Below are positions 39,230 through 49,769 of a DNA stretch of 64,000 nt, piece by piece. The translations under genes and the position numbers were made by a program. The notes below the pieces were generated by a model. The model was not told the origin of the DNA. It ran no database searches and was given only the letters and a program-made list of their open reading frames with translations. This DNA is from a virus, in IMG/VR virus record IMGVR_UViG_3300020401_000014, positions 62,881 to 126,880 of that record. One strand, given 5' to 3'. How positions within the stretch are numbered: the stretch's first letter is position 1; every line of letters begins with the position of its first letter.

Positions 39230-39976
39230 TTACTCATTTGTTTTTTTATTCCAATAATCTGAACGCTTTGTATATTTGCGTTTTTTCTTTTTAGGGGTTA
39301 ATTCTCTTTTTAAGAATTCTTGATATTTGTCGCCTTCTAGTTCGCCATTTTCTGCAGCTTTTGCCAGCTTCTTAACCGTTTCAGGGTCATTCATATCGAC
39401 CACAGGAACGTTGCACTCCATAAAAGCCGTTGGGTTTTCAGGATTTGGCACCCACCCAACCTTATACTTTTTGTGGGCTAGAGGGGGATCATCAGGTCCG
39501 GGATTTTGAGCATCCACACCACCGAAATGCATTTCTGGCCAATCAACGCCCGCTTGTTCAGATTTTGTTTGACGAATCATGTCCGTTACATCTTTTAATG
39601 TAACAATGTGCATTATTTTTTCATTCTCAATCCTAAGGTCAAAAACCTCTTCGCAAAAAAAAGCAATTTCCATCAAAGATAAAGAATCCATTCCGAAATC
39701 GTTAATAATTTCGTTATTTGGACCTAGTGAAGCAAAATCTGGTCTATTTTCTGAGGAATCAGATAGCGGTGAAAATTTTTCTAAAACACCTTTTATTACT
39801 TCATCTAGAACTTCATCATTTTCGTTAATTAAATAATCAACCGCCAAATCGGTTACTCGATCAGGAAAGTGACGAAAATGGTGGCGAATGCACTTTTCAT
39901 TTTTCATGTCCCATTTGGGAGCATCTGGAGTTTCGAACTCCTTGTCTACCACTTTTTGTAAATCTACATTAGACAT
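39230..39976 (-). CDS. Acyl-carrier-protein domain embedded in a larger protein
   Basis: DFGMDSLSLMEIAFFCEEVFDLRI...IVTLKDV includes the phosphopantetheine-attachment DSL serine. Confidence 0.75.
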   Translation of the reverse strand: MSNVDLQKVVDKEFETPDAPKWDMKNEKCIRHHFRHFPDRVTDLAVDYLINENDEVLDEVIKGVLEKFSPLSDSSENRPDFASLGPNNEIINDFGMDSLSLMEIAFFCEEVFDLRIENEKIMHIVTLKDVTDMIRQTKSEQAGVDWPEMHFGGVDAQNPGPDDPPLAHKKYKVGWVPNPENPTAFMECNVPVVDMNDPETVKKLAKAAENGELEGDKYQEFLKRELTPKKKKRKYTKRSDYWNKKTNE

Positions 39977-40665
39977 CTGGATCGACTTTCCAATATATAT
40001 TTTTAAATAAAACTAATCTTACTTCGTTACCTCTTTCAAGGTCAATACCTATTGGCTCTCCTTCTGGAACAGGTTCATCAGTATCCTTATAAAAAAATTC
40101 TTCTTCTTCTGAAGCGTGAACAACATCAAAACTAGATAGTAAATCAATAATTGCAGAATTACTAGACTTGGATTCTCTTGCCATATTCATCATATTTGTT
40201 AATTTTTCGTTCATAAAAATGTTATTTGGTCTGGGTTTTCTATATATTCTATCATGTTTTCATTAGTTTTGTCAATAACTTTTTTACCTTTTAGCCAATT
40301 TCTTTGAGCCATGCGGATTACAAAACGCATAAATGCAAAAGCATAAATCTTATTAAGTTCTACGACACCACCGTCTTCGCCGTCTATTATTAGAAACTTT
40401 TTAGTTTCTTCATCGTACTCAAACTCTGCGTTTTTTAGTTTTTTTCTAATTTTCATTTAAACTTTTTTTGATAAACTTTCTAGCTTCGGTAAAAGCTTCG
40501 GGGTACTTGAATGCACACCAATTCAAAACCCACTCTCTAGCATAACACTCAATCAGCTCTTCTTCTGTAACATTGAGTTCATAAGTATATTCCGAGTCTT
40601 CGTTTTTTATTTTACCTTTAATCACGGGTTAATTATACTATATTCAAATAAAATAGTCAAGGATT

Positions 40666-41040
40666 TTATAAATAAAAATAAATCCAACCTTGATCTGAGT
40701 GATAAAAATAAGGAAAAACAGAATCATCGCTCCAAAGCCAACCATAATCCTCTGAAAAAAACCAATAGCCATAAGAGCATTGAGAGGGATACAACCAACC
40801 TAGCTTCACATGAAATATCCACTGTGTATTACTTTGATAAAAAACACCAAATTGAGAATCTCTCCAGCCGTCTGAAATAGGAGTGGACTCATAAATTACA
40901 CAAGGATTATATCCTCTATCCCTAAATGACTGCTGAATCGCATCATAGAGCTGCCTTTCAAGATCAAGTAAAATAGATTCATAATTATTTGCAAGGCAGA
41001 CAATCGGAAATAAAAAAAGTAAAAATAATTTTTGCATCAT
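40666..41040 (-). CDS. Secreted or exported protein with Trp-rich repeats
   Basis: Signal-like N-terminus MQKLFLLFLFPIVCLA; WIFHVKLGWLY / YWFFSEDYGWLW / YFYHSDQGWIY repeats. Confidence 0.65.
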   Translation of the reverse strand: MMQKLFLLFLFPIVCLANNYESILLDLERQLYDAIQQSFRDRGYNPCVIYESTPISDGWRDSQFGVFYQSNTQWIFHVKLGWLYPSQCSYGYWFFSEDYGWLWSDDSVFPYFYHSDQGWIYFYL

Positions 41041-41257
41041 GTATAATATGACACATTGCCTTTAAAAAGTCAAGTTATTTCCACTTGCAATAATTTGGGT
41101 CTTTAGCTCTCTTGCGGCGCATATATTCTCTTTTTTGTTTTCTACGCCGCTCTATGTCTGATAAGTCATATTTTTTTTGGGCTTTTTTTAAGGCTTCTTT
41201 ACCTTTTTCTGTTTTGTGGTATTTGTTCATTGTTTTTATATAATTGCATGTTAAAAT

Positions 41258-41331
41258 TGGCAGTCCGGCAGGGATTTGAACCCCGACTAAATGGACCAAA
41301 ACCATCCGTGCTACCGTTACACCACCAGACT
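41258..41331 (-). tRNA. tRNA-Gln(UUG)
   Basis: AGTCTGG/CCGGACT acceptor, GATGG-TTTTGGT-CCATT anticodon arm, CGGGG-TTCAAAT-CCCTG T arm, encoded CCA. Confidence 0.93.
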
Positions 41332-41794
41332 ATTCAAAATCTATTTCCTCCAATTCTGATAACATGTTATCTGAAACTTGTTTAACTGCTTCTGAAGAAA
41401 AACCCCAAAAGGTTAGCTCCCATAAAATGTGAGCCAAAATTTCAGAATCTGCCAATTCAAAATCGGTTTTAATTTCTTTTGCCAACAAAACGTTCCAGTC
41501 CAAAAAATCTAATCCATAAGTTTCATTATTAACTTTATTTAATAAACAAACTTCAGTAAATACTTCTTCATCTTCTACGCGATTACCAATAAAAATAACA
41601 GAATCTTTCACATCTTTATCTTCAGATTCTGCTGGTATTGTATTTGAGAGTTCATTCCATGCTTGCAAAAAGTTTATATCCATTTGAGCTACCTTGTTTG
41701 CGGTATAATAAACATCTTCTTTCAAGTAATGTTTGTATATATTATTAAATACTGGTTTGTAGAAGCATTTTTTAATTAATTTTTGTAAAGTCAT
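41330..41794 (-). CDS. Hypothetical protein
   Basis: 154 aa with ILAHILWELTFWGFS near the C-terminus. Confidence 0.6.
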   Translation of the reverse strand: MTLQKLIKKCFYKPVFNNIYKHYLKEDVYYTANKVAQMDINFLQAWNELSNTIPAESEDKDVKDSVIFIGNRVEDEEVFTEVCLLNKVNNETYGLDFLDWNVLLAKEIKTDFELADSEILAHILWELTFWGFSSEAVKQVSDNMLSELEEIDFE

Positions 41795-42501
41795 TTTAAA
41801 TAGGGGGTAAATTTAACGGGCTATCTTCTTGTTGCTTTGGTCTATACCAATAAACTTCAGAATTAATTCCTAGCATTTTATTAATTTCAATAATATAAGC
41901 TCTTTGCGTTTCAATTAAGTTGTATTGATCATCTATAACGGTTTTTTGATTATCAACGAGATCGTTTTGGCAATAAATATAATATCCAATATATAACGCT
42001 ATGGCGAATAAAACAAAATTTTTTAAATCAACCGTCATTATCATTAGTTACACTTACTTTTGTGCATTTTTTTGAATATGTTCCAATCCCACAAAACGCA
42101 GCAGAAGTAATACTAAATACACCAAGCCAATGCCCTGATACTGCCAACTCGACAGCTAAGATACAATTTATAATACAGCAAAATATTAAAAGTTTGCCAT
42201 AAGAATTACATTCTTTCCAAGGTCTAATCATCTTCGTCTTCGTTAAAAAAATCTTCGTCTACTTCAAATTCAATACTGCCGAACTCAAGCAACTCTTTAA
42301 TTTTTTCCTGCAAGGCGCCAACCATGGTAATTGTGTTAATATCAAACTCATTCAGGTATCTATCGACTATATCGTCAAGCTCGAATCGAAATGCATCAGT
42401 TTGCTCATCATAATCTTGAGGCCCGTTGACATAAAAATCATCTTCATCGTCTTCGCTCATACATTATGATATGATGCTAATAGCCTAAAATCAAATTATC
42501 C

Positions 42502-43197
42502 TTAATATTCGTATCCAAAATAATCTATATCCGCTTTATAATGATTGGCAACTATTTGGGCAGTTTCTTCGTCAAAATATTCGTGATATGTAAAATAAAA
42601 CTTAGGCGACTTATCTTCTCTCGTAGATTGTCTTCCGCTAAAACCAACGTGACCAAGCGGAATATGAGGTATACCAATGCATTCACAAGCATCTTCAAAA
42701 GAATCCTCAAGGTCTTCAAATTGATAAATTTTAGAAGCTAAATTTGTCCCATCTTTATCTAAAAACCAATCCATGCTCGGATCAAGAAGGTAGCCTTTTT
42801 TTATGTAATTAATAAAATTTTTACATTCATTTAATTCTTGTATACAATGCTCCGCCCAATCTTTACTTCCCCATCTTTCAAAAGTCCATTTTTGTATGCA
42901 TCTTTTTTTGTACTCATAATTTGAGACTTCTCTGTCCCAAGGGTTTCTAGCGAATCCAAAAACAAAATATTCTTCCCAATTATGCCCTTCTCGTTCAAAT
43001 CTTTCTTTTAATTCCCAGGCTTTCATATGAGGCGTATAACTTGGGTCATAAAATTTATGGTATTTCCCAAAAACGCTATCTTCTGGATAATCGTCAGGAG
43101 TAATATCCATGGTCTCATTTAAAGACTCTCTGATGGAAGTGCTTCCTGTCTTAGGGGAAGATAGGAATATATATTTGTATTCGTGCGATATTCTCAT
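42502..43197 (-). CDS. Sulfotransferase family 2 protein
   Basis: 5'-PSB FLSSPKTGSTS and 3'-PB RNPWDREVSNY. Confidence 0.85.
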   Translation of the reverse strand: MRISHEYKYIFLSSPKTGSTSIRESLNETMDITPDDYPEDSVFGKYHKFYDPSYTPHMKAWELKERFEREGHNWEEYFVFGFARNPWDREVSNYEYKKRCIQKWTFERWGSKDWAEHCIQELNECKNFINYIKKGYLLDPSMDWFLDKDGTNLASKIYQFEDLEDSFEDACECIGIPHIPLGHVGFSGRQSTREDKSPKFYFTYHEYFDEETAQIVANHYKADIDYFGYEY

Positions 43198-43877
43198 GTT
43201 TGTTTTTCAAATTGATAGTTAAATCTTTCAATATCTTTGGAGTACACTTCCGCTACAAGATCAATCCACTGTTGTTTTTTATAAAATGAAGAATAATGTA
43301 TCTGTCCAGCACTGCGAGAAGTTTTATTTGTGTGAAACACTCGATCTAATGGCAGATTTAAAATGCTAAAAATATGATTTAAGTCATCATCAAAGTTTTC
43401 TAAACTACCAATAAAATCAACCTCAGTATCATTTTGAAAATCATAAAGAAAGTCAAAGCAACACTTTCTATAAAGCGATCTGTTTTTTAAAAACTCCCCA
43501 AAATCACTTGCTTGGCTTTTTCTGTCATAACAATATTTTGCAAAAGAATAATCAATTTCTAAAGATTTTTCTTGTAAATCCAGCTGCTTATATATTGCAA
43601 TAAATTTTTTAAAATATTTAAAAAAAGAGACCTCCCTGTCCCACGGATTTCTTGAAAAACCAAAGGTTTTGTAGGTTGAGATATCTAGATTTTGAAGTTC
43701 AAAATATTTTTTTATAGTCAAAAAGTCAGAATGAAAGTTTAAGGAAGTACCTTCAGATTCTCTTTCCGAAGTTCTTGCTCTATAATCCGAATGTTTTGAT
43801 AGAGATCGTCTTACGCTAGTGCTCCCGGTTTTAGGAACTGCAATGAAAACAAATTTATGCTCGTGAGACAAAATCAT
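43194..43877 (-). CDS. Sulfotransferase family 2 protein (tandem paralog)
   Basis: FIAVPKTGSTS and RNPWDREVSFF. Confidence 0.85.
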   Translation of the reverse strand: MILSHEHKFVFIAVPKTGSTSVRRSLSKHSDYRARTSERESEGTSLNFHSDFLTIKKYFELQNLDISTYKTFGFSRNPWDREVSFFKYFKKFIAIYKQLDLQEKSLEIDYSFAKYCYDRKSQASDFGEFLKNRSLYRKCCFDFLYDFQNDTEVDFIGSLENFDDDLNHIFSILNLPLDRVFHTNKTSRSAGQIHYSSFYKKQQWIDLVAEVYSKDIERFNYQFEKQT

Positions 43878-43878
43878 A

Positions 43879-44853
43879 TTAATTTGTCATTTCTTTATAA
43901 ATCCAATCGTAAGTAATTTTTAACCCATCTTTAAGCTTCACACTTGGCTCCCAGCCTGTAATTTCTTGAATAAGAGTATTGTCGCTATTTCTTCCTCTCA
44001 CTCCCTGAGGTTTTGTAAGATCGTAATTGCGCTTTACTTTAATTCCTGCTATATTTTCAATGATATCTATAAGCTGATTGACGCTCACCATCTCGGCACT
44101 CCCAAGATTTAATGGTTGACTAAAATTGCTTTCCCACATTTTATCCATGCCCGTAATACAGTCATCAATATACATAAATGATCTAGTCTGCTCTCCGTCT
44201 CCCCATACTTCAATCTCATGATTGCCAGTTAACTTGGCTTGAATGATTTTTCGACATAACGCTGCTGGCGCTTTTTCCCGTCCGCCATCCCAAGTTCCGT
44301 ATGGCCCATAAACATTATGATATCTAGCTATTCTAACATTCATATCATAATCTTCTTCAAAAAACTTTGTTAAAATTTCATTAAATAATTTTTCCCAACC
44401 ATAACCGCTTTCTGGGTCAGCAGGATATGCATCGATCTCTTTGAGCGCAGCACTGTCCGTCTCGCCTTGTTTATATGTTGGATAGGCACAAGCGCTACTG
44501 CTATACAGAAAGTCTTTAACACCATGCTCTTTGGCCGCAACAAGCATGTGAACATTTATCAATACGCTCAGCATACATAGCGCGTGATTATTTTCTATAA
44601 ATCCCATTCCGCCCATGTTGCAAGCAAGATTATAAATCTTGTCCATACCTTTTGCTGCGGTCATGCAATTTTCTCTTAGCTCTAGGTCTAAAACCATTTG
44701 TTCAGTTCCTGGAACTAACTGATACCACTCTTCCAACGGCTTAATGTCTACTACCCGAACATTGTAACCCTTTTCTTTGAGGTCTTTGGCTAAATGGCCG
44801 CCGATAAATCCGCCGCCGCCACACACTAATATATTCTTATTTTGTTTTTTCAT
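43879..44853 (-). CDS. NAD-dependent epimerase, GDP-mannose 3,5-epimerase-like
   Basis: GGGGFIG, LACNMGGMGFI, SSACAY, YGWEK, GREKAPAALCRK, WGDGEQTRSF. Confidence 0.9.
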   Translation of the reverse strand: MKKQNKNILVCGGGGFIGGHLAKDLKEKGYNVRVVDIKPLEEWYQLVPGTEQMVLDLELRENCMTAAKGMDKIYNLACNMGGMGFIENNHALCMLSVLINVHMLVAAKEHGVKDFLYSSSACAYPTYKQGETDSAALKEIDAYPADPESGYGWEKLFNEILTKFFEEDYDMNVRIARYHNVYGPYGTWDGGREKAPAALCRKIIQAKLTGNHEIEVWGDGEQTRSFMYIDDCITGMDKMWESNFSQPLNLGSAEMVSVNQLIDIIENIAGIKVKRNYDLTKPQGVRGRNSDNTLIQEITGWEPSVKLKDGLKITYDWIYKEMTN

Positions 44854-46012
44854 TTTTTATAAATTTATTTACATCTTCTATCACATAATTACTTAAATCC
44901 GTACTAAATTGATCTTTATAAAAATAATTATTTTTATGCATTATAGAGTTGCTTCCAGCGATACAATTATATATGGTACGTTTTTTAAAATCATTTGGAT
45001 CATGAAAAGGGGGCATGTATGCAAAGTTGTAGTAATCTGAGTCTGAAGGGTCGTATATCGTTGTAGATACTTTTCTCCAAAAAGATTGATGCACATGAAT
45101 ACACCTAACAAAACCACAGAACCCTATATTTTTAGGAGCAAAACCTTCTGATCCTATTCTACCTAAAAATTGATTTTCACAATGGTACCTGCCTAACTCA
45201 AAGTCCAAATCTACGGTGCAATCCGCGAGATTTATTTTAAAAGCCCATGCATCGCTACTATCTGGGCCTAAAATTTGTTCTGTTTGGGATACAAGTTTTT
45301 TTCTTACAACGCTCGGTAGCTGATTTGTATCGGGGATGTGCCCTGCACCATCCCACATGTCTGGATGTAATGCATCAATAATGGAACCATCGCTTAGCAA
45401 ATCTTTACGAGTCATTGAGAAAACAGTTTTTCCCCAATTAAAATTTACATATTTAAATAAACTTACGGATTCGTCAAAATAACAATCATTATTTGTTAAA
45501 ATAAAAACCGCGTCTTTTTCATCTTGAAGGGTTTTATTCTTAATAAAATCTAAAAAGGATCTATAAGTTGATCGATTGCAATCTCTAATAAATTGCACAT
45601 TAGATTGAACGAAGAAATCATTGGCAAGATCTTCGCTGGACCGTTCTTCGTTTTTTTCTAAAAAAATATATATTTTATAAAACTGCCCGCAGTCAATGTT
45701 TTTCTGTATAGCAAATATAATTTCTTTTTTTCGTTCTTCATTTTTAACATTGTAATAATCTAATAACAAAATAATCTTGTTGTTTTTGATGTTGTGGTCT
45801 TTGATTAAATTTTCATCAAGCGGAACTTTTTTTTGCATAGACTTCTTGAATGTCGAGGCATTCTTGTGCCAATGCGCTCTGATCTCGGCAACCTTTTCAA
45901 GAACAAGTTCTCTGGTATCTGGAGAAATCATATTGGGATAATCCCTCGCCATAAAGAAAAGAGGCCAAACAAGATCATCGGTTATTTCTAGATATCTATC
46001 GCTTAATTCCAT
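44837..46012 (-). CDS. Putative glycosyltransferase-like protein
   Basis: LTNNDCYFD (DxD-like) in a glycan operon context. Confidence 0.45.
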   Translation of the reverse strand: MELSDRYLEITDDLVWPLFFMARDYPNMISPDTRELVLEKVAEIRAHWHKNASTFKKSMQKKVPLDENLIKDHNIKNNKIILLLDYYNVKNEERKKEIIFAIQKNIDCGQFYKIYIFLEKNEERSSEDLANDFFVQSNVQFIRDCNRSTYRSFLDFIKNKTLQDEKDAVFILTNNDCYFDESVSLFKYVNFNWGKTVFSMTRKDLLSDGSIIDALHPDMWDGAGHIPDTNQLPSVVRKKLVSQTEQILGPDSSDAWAFKINLADCTVDLDFELGRYHCENQFLGRIGSEGFAPKNIGFCGFVRCIHVHQSFWRKVSTTIYDPSDSDYYNFAYMPPFHDPNDFKKRTIYNCIAGSNSIMHKNNYFYKDQFSTDLSNYVIEDVNKFIKNEKTK

Positions 46013-46779
46013 AATATCTTATACACTCTGCAGCATACAATAAAGTCTCCAAAATTATTGATATTTGCTTTTAATTTTCTTATAACCCCACCAACTTTTT
46101 CTTAGTAAATATTTTAATCTCATCACTAAACCCCAGTCTTGTTCTGCTTTCGCTTTTTTTACGGCAGCTTCAGTCTTGCGGATTTTTTTAGAAAGGTCTT
46201 TTCTTTCTCTGTATCTTAAAATCCATGGAACTGATCGGTCTTTTCTTGTACTCATTCAATATATTATACACTAATCAAGCCAATGATTGTTAATATAATA
46301 TAAATCTATATCTTTTAAAGACCAAACTTGAACGCAGTATAAATCAGTGCCGTCCCAATGATATACATTTTGAGTTAAAAATATACCGTTTATGTCTTTT
46401 CCGTTATCGAGGTGAGTAAAAAACATCTCAGCAATTAAATTTTGATGCTGATCTATGCAAGAAATAGAAATTGATGGCGGGAACTTAAGTAGTCCTCCCA
46501 CAATTTTTTTGTAATACTTTAAGTTGTGCGCGGGATTTTTGGTCAATTTAATTTTATCTAAGCTAGTGCCAGGTTCATCAACCCCACACAGCAACATAGT
46601 TTCCACAAATAAATCATGAAAACTATGAAGTTTTTCTGCAAAAAATTCGTTAGCCTCGCCTAGAAAAAAGTGCCTTTCGGTTTTCAAGTTTTTTTTGACC
46701 TTTGACTGCTTTTTTTAAAGTGCGCACTTCAGACTCCAGCCTCGAAATTTTAGACCTTAAATACTGCATATTATATTTT

Positions 46780-47172
46780 TTATTTTTCATCAATCCTTAT
46801 CTCCTCCCAAAAAACATTTCCATTGAGTATGTTATCTCTTATGTTCCTTTGTTTTTGACTTAGCTGAGATTTGCCGCTTTTAATTTCAGAAAAAGTTATT
46901 GAATCTTCTTCAAAAACTAAGTAGTCTATGGGTTGACCTAGAAAAACTGCTGATTCTGGATCGTGTGGGAAATTATCTAAAAAGGGGGCAAATTTTTCAA
47001 CTATATGGCCTGTTCTGACTTCGGTGCTTCGTTTTTTTGAAAACAGCTCGCTTTTTTGATTTTTTAAAACCTTGTTTTCTTCTGTTAATTTCTTTTTTTG
47101 ATTATAAAAAAATAAAGACAGCGCTATACAAAATATAGCGAAACATAAAGCTACTGTGCTTACATCAATCAA
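46780..47172 (-). CDS. Holliday-junction resolvase-like endonuclease (Endonuc_Holl type) with an N-terminal TM segment
   Basis: GHIVEKFAPF, FLGQPIDYLVF, FSEIKSG, LSQKQRNIR. Confidence 0.8.
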   Translation of the reverse strand: MIDVSTVALCFAIFCIALSLFFYNQKKKLTEENKVLKNQKSELFSKKRSTEVRTGHIVEKFAPFLDNFPHDPESAVFLGQPIDYLVFEEDSITFSEIKSGKSQLSQKQRNIRDNILNGNVFWEEIRIDEK

Positions 47173-47535
47173 GCTTAACCCCTTTAGATTCGCAATAAGC
47201 TACTGCATATCCAGATTTATAATGAAAATGCTGAGAAAAAAATAGCATTCCCATAATGATATAAGGCTCGATGGATCCGAAACCCATTTTGTAAAATGCC
47301 AACACTGCTATAAATATAGTGGGCATAAATTTATTTAAACAAAAATTTAAAATCATTTCTTTGAATATTTCTTGTTAGAACGAATTGGCTCAATCACAAA
47401 ATTCCTTCTTAGTTCATCTGCAATCTCTGTAGAAAGTAAATCTACTAGAGACTCTTCTCCAAAAGATAACTTATAGCGCTTATATTGGCTAATTACTCTT
47501 TTAATTGTATCTGTTGTTATTGGTTTTTTCATAAA

Positions 47536-47961
47536 TTATTTTCCTGTGCTTCCAAAACCTCCAGTTGATCTGTCAGATTTTGAAAGAGTTTTTGTTTCTA
47601 TAATATTAATTTCTGGTAAGTTCATGATGACAAGCTGTCCTATTTTACTATATAAATCATACAAGATATTTTCTCCATTGTCAAGACCAAAGCGAAGCTT
47701 GATTTCTCCTCGATAACCCTGATCAATCACTCCGACTGCATTGCGCAAGCCAAGAGAGGTTTTGCTAATGCTTGATCTTGGAAAAATTAAGCCAACAGTT
47801 TTCTCTGGCAATTCTAAAGCTAAACCTGTGCCATATTCTATATAAAGGGGAAACATGTCTTTATTAATACTTATAGCTGTTAAGTCTAGCCCTGCGTCGC
47901 CAGATTTAGCGTAAGATGGAATTACTGCTTCTGGGCTTAGTTTTTTAAATTTTACATTCAT
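47536..47961 (-). CDS. dut: dUTPase (trimeric)
   Basis: AGLDL, RSS, GVIDQGYRGEI, RSTGGFGSTG. Confidence 0.95.
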   Translation of the reverse strand: MNVKFKKLSPEAVIPSYAKSGDAGLDLTAISINKDMFPLYIEYGTGLALELPEKTVGLIFPRSSISKTSLGLRNAVGVIDQGYRGEIKLRFGLDNGENILYDLYSKIGQLVIMNLPEINIIETKTLSKSDRSTGGFGSTGK

Positions 47962-48382
47962 CCGTAATTATATTTGCTTTTTTTAATAAATTAATTCCTT
48001 CCATATTGCGATAAATTGCACCATAAACAACCCTAGCGATTTCTGCTTGAATAATTAGCTTGGCGCATTCTAAGCAAGGCGAAATAGTTATATACATAGT
48101 GGCACCTTTGCTTGACTGTGTAGACTTTGCCAGTTTTGTAATCGCATTGCTTTCTGCATGTAAAACTTCTGGTTTTGTGAGCAAAGCTTTTTCATCGTGT
48201 TCATCTAAGCGTATTTCGCAAGAGTTATCAAAGCCGCTAGGAGTGCCATTATATCCGTCTGAAATAATGGCCCCATTTTTTACAATTAAGCATCCTACTT
48301 TTTTTCTTTTAGCTTTAGATAAGTCAGACCATATCTTTGCCATTTTTAAGTAAGACTTATCTAGGTCAATTGGGCAAGCCAT
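47945..48382 (-). CDS. dCMP deaminase
   Basis: GYNG, HAESNAI, PCLECAKLI. Confidence 0.92.
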   Translation of the reverse strand: MACPIDLDKSYLKMAKIWSDLSKAKRKKVGCLIVKNGAIISDGYNGTPSGFDNSCEIRLDEHDEKALLTKPEVLHAESNAITKLAKSTQSSKGATMYITISPCLECAKLIIQAEIARVVYGAIYRNMEGINLLKKANIITDECKI

Positions 48383-48878
48383 CTTTTTTCCATATCACGG
48401 CCCCTTGCAGAGCCAAGATATCTTTAGATAAAATTTGGCAAATTTGTGCTCCATTTTTAGAATTTTGATATATTCTGTATTTGGCTTCTTTTGCTTGGCT
48501 GACAAAAGGCATATCCCACCTCACTTTACATTTTTTGCTGTTAAGATATTCTAGTAATACCTTTCGGTTGACGATTATGTAATCGTAGGATCTTTCAAAA
48601 GCTATGAAATGCGCGGGGCCATAAACCCAGCCCGCTTCTTTGGATGTATTTCTGTATTCTATCCATGTCCATCGATCAAGGTATCTGTTTTTCTTTTTAT
48701 TCTTTTTTCGTTTCACGGCAAATAGCATTTTAACTTCTTTGTTTAAATGCCTATATTTACCCTTAACATAAAAATCAATGCCCCTGCTTACGTCATCTCT
48801 AGATGCTCTTTCAACCAAGTAATTTCTTTTTACTGCTAGATCGTAGAAAGACAAAGCGTCAACGTCTTGTCTATCCAT
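48366..48878 (-). CDS. Putative PD-(D/E)xK nuclease-like phage protein
   Basis: GIDFYV...AVK...WIEY...GWVYG.A.FIAFE. Confidence 0.45.
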   Translation of the reverse strand: MDRQDVDALSFYDLAVKRNYLVERASRDDVSRGIDFYVKGKYRHLNKEVKMLFAVKRKKNKKKNRYLDRWTWIEYRNTSKEAGWVYGPAHFIAFERSYDYIIVNRKVLLEYLNSKKCKVRWDMPFVSQAKEAKYRIYQNSKNGAQICQILSKDILALQGAVIWKKDGLPN

Positions 48879-49769
48879 CGCTTACCAAATTTTATTAGGT
48901 TTAAGTGTTTCGACAATATCGTACTTTGGCCGATAATTGCTGATCGTTTGAGAAGAAGCTTTAGAGTTCGCAATAAGTTTGTTCAGTTTATTTTGCGCTG
49001 ACTCACGAGATATATAATTAATATCCTCGAATCTTCTGCCATTTTTAGTGATGGCAAAAATAACAAGCTTGTCCTGCACTTTAGCTTTTAGCGCTCTTTT
49101 TAGCCTTTTGTGTCTTGGAAGAAGATTCTGCTTCTTCGGACTGCGTTTGGCTATCTTCGCTTTCTTTTTGAGAGCGGAGATCTTGAGCGATTTCTTGAGC
49201 CTTGATGCTAGTTAAAATTTCTTCGAGCTGCTCTTCTGACATACCATTAACCTCTTCTGTGGCACGTTCAAGAGCTTTTTCTTGTACGATTTGAAGGGTT
49301 TGCTGCAGAGTCGCAGACTGAAGAAAAGAATTAGCCAAGGCTAAAGTTGCTTTTTGTTTATCTTGATCATTCATAGTAATGTATATTATATAATATATGT
49401 TGTTATAGTAAAAATAAAGTTATTTTTTAATTTTTATTAAATAATTTTTATTCACAAGAAAAGAAATAAAATCTAGTATCTTGGCATTGTTTCTTTGTGC
49501 TTCAACGCCTTTATGTCTACCTGCTGTTTTCGCCGCTTTTTTAAAAGCTTTGTATTTTGCATTTATTAATTTTGCTTCTTCTTTTGTTGCCTCTTTTAAG
49601 TATGAGTCTAGGTCAATTTTTGATGTAACTGTCTCTGCTATAATTTCTATTATAGGGGGATTTTTAGATTTTCCAAAAATTAATCTAGAATTTTGTTCTT
49701 CGTTCGCTGCGCTTGGAAGAAAAGATTCTTTACTTTTGAAGAGGTTGATAAATTTTTTTAACATAAAAT

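Noticed and set aside
41075-41305. 76-aa ORF as called
   Set aside because: The 5' part overlaps tRNA-Gln; the plausible gene starts at ATG 41230.
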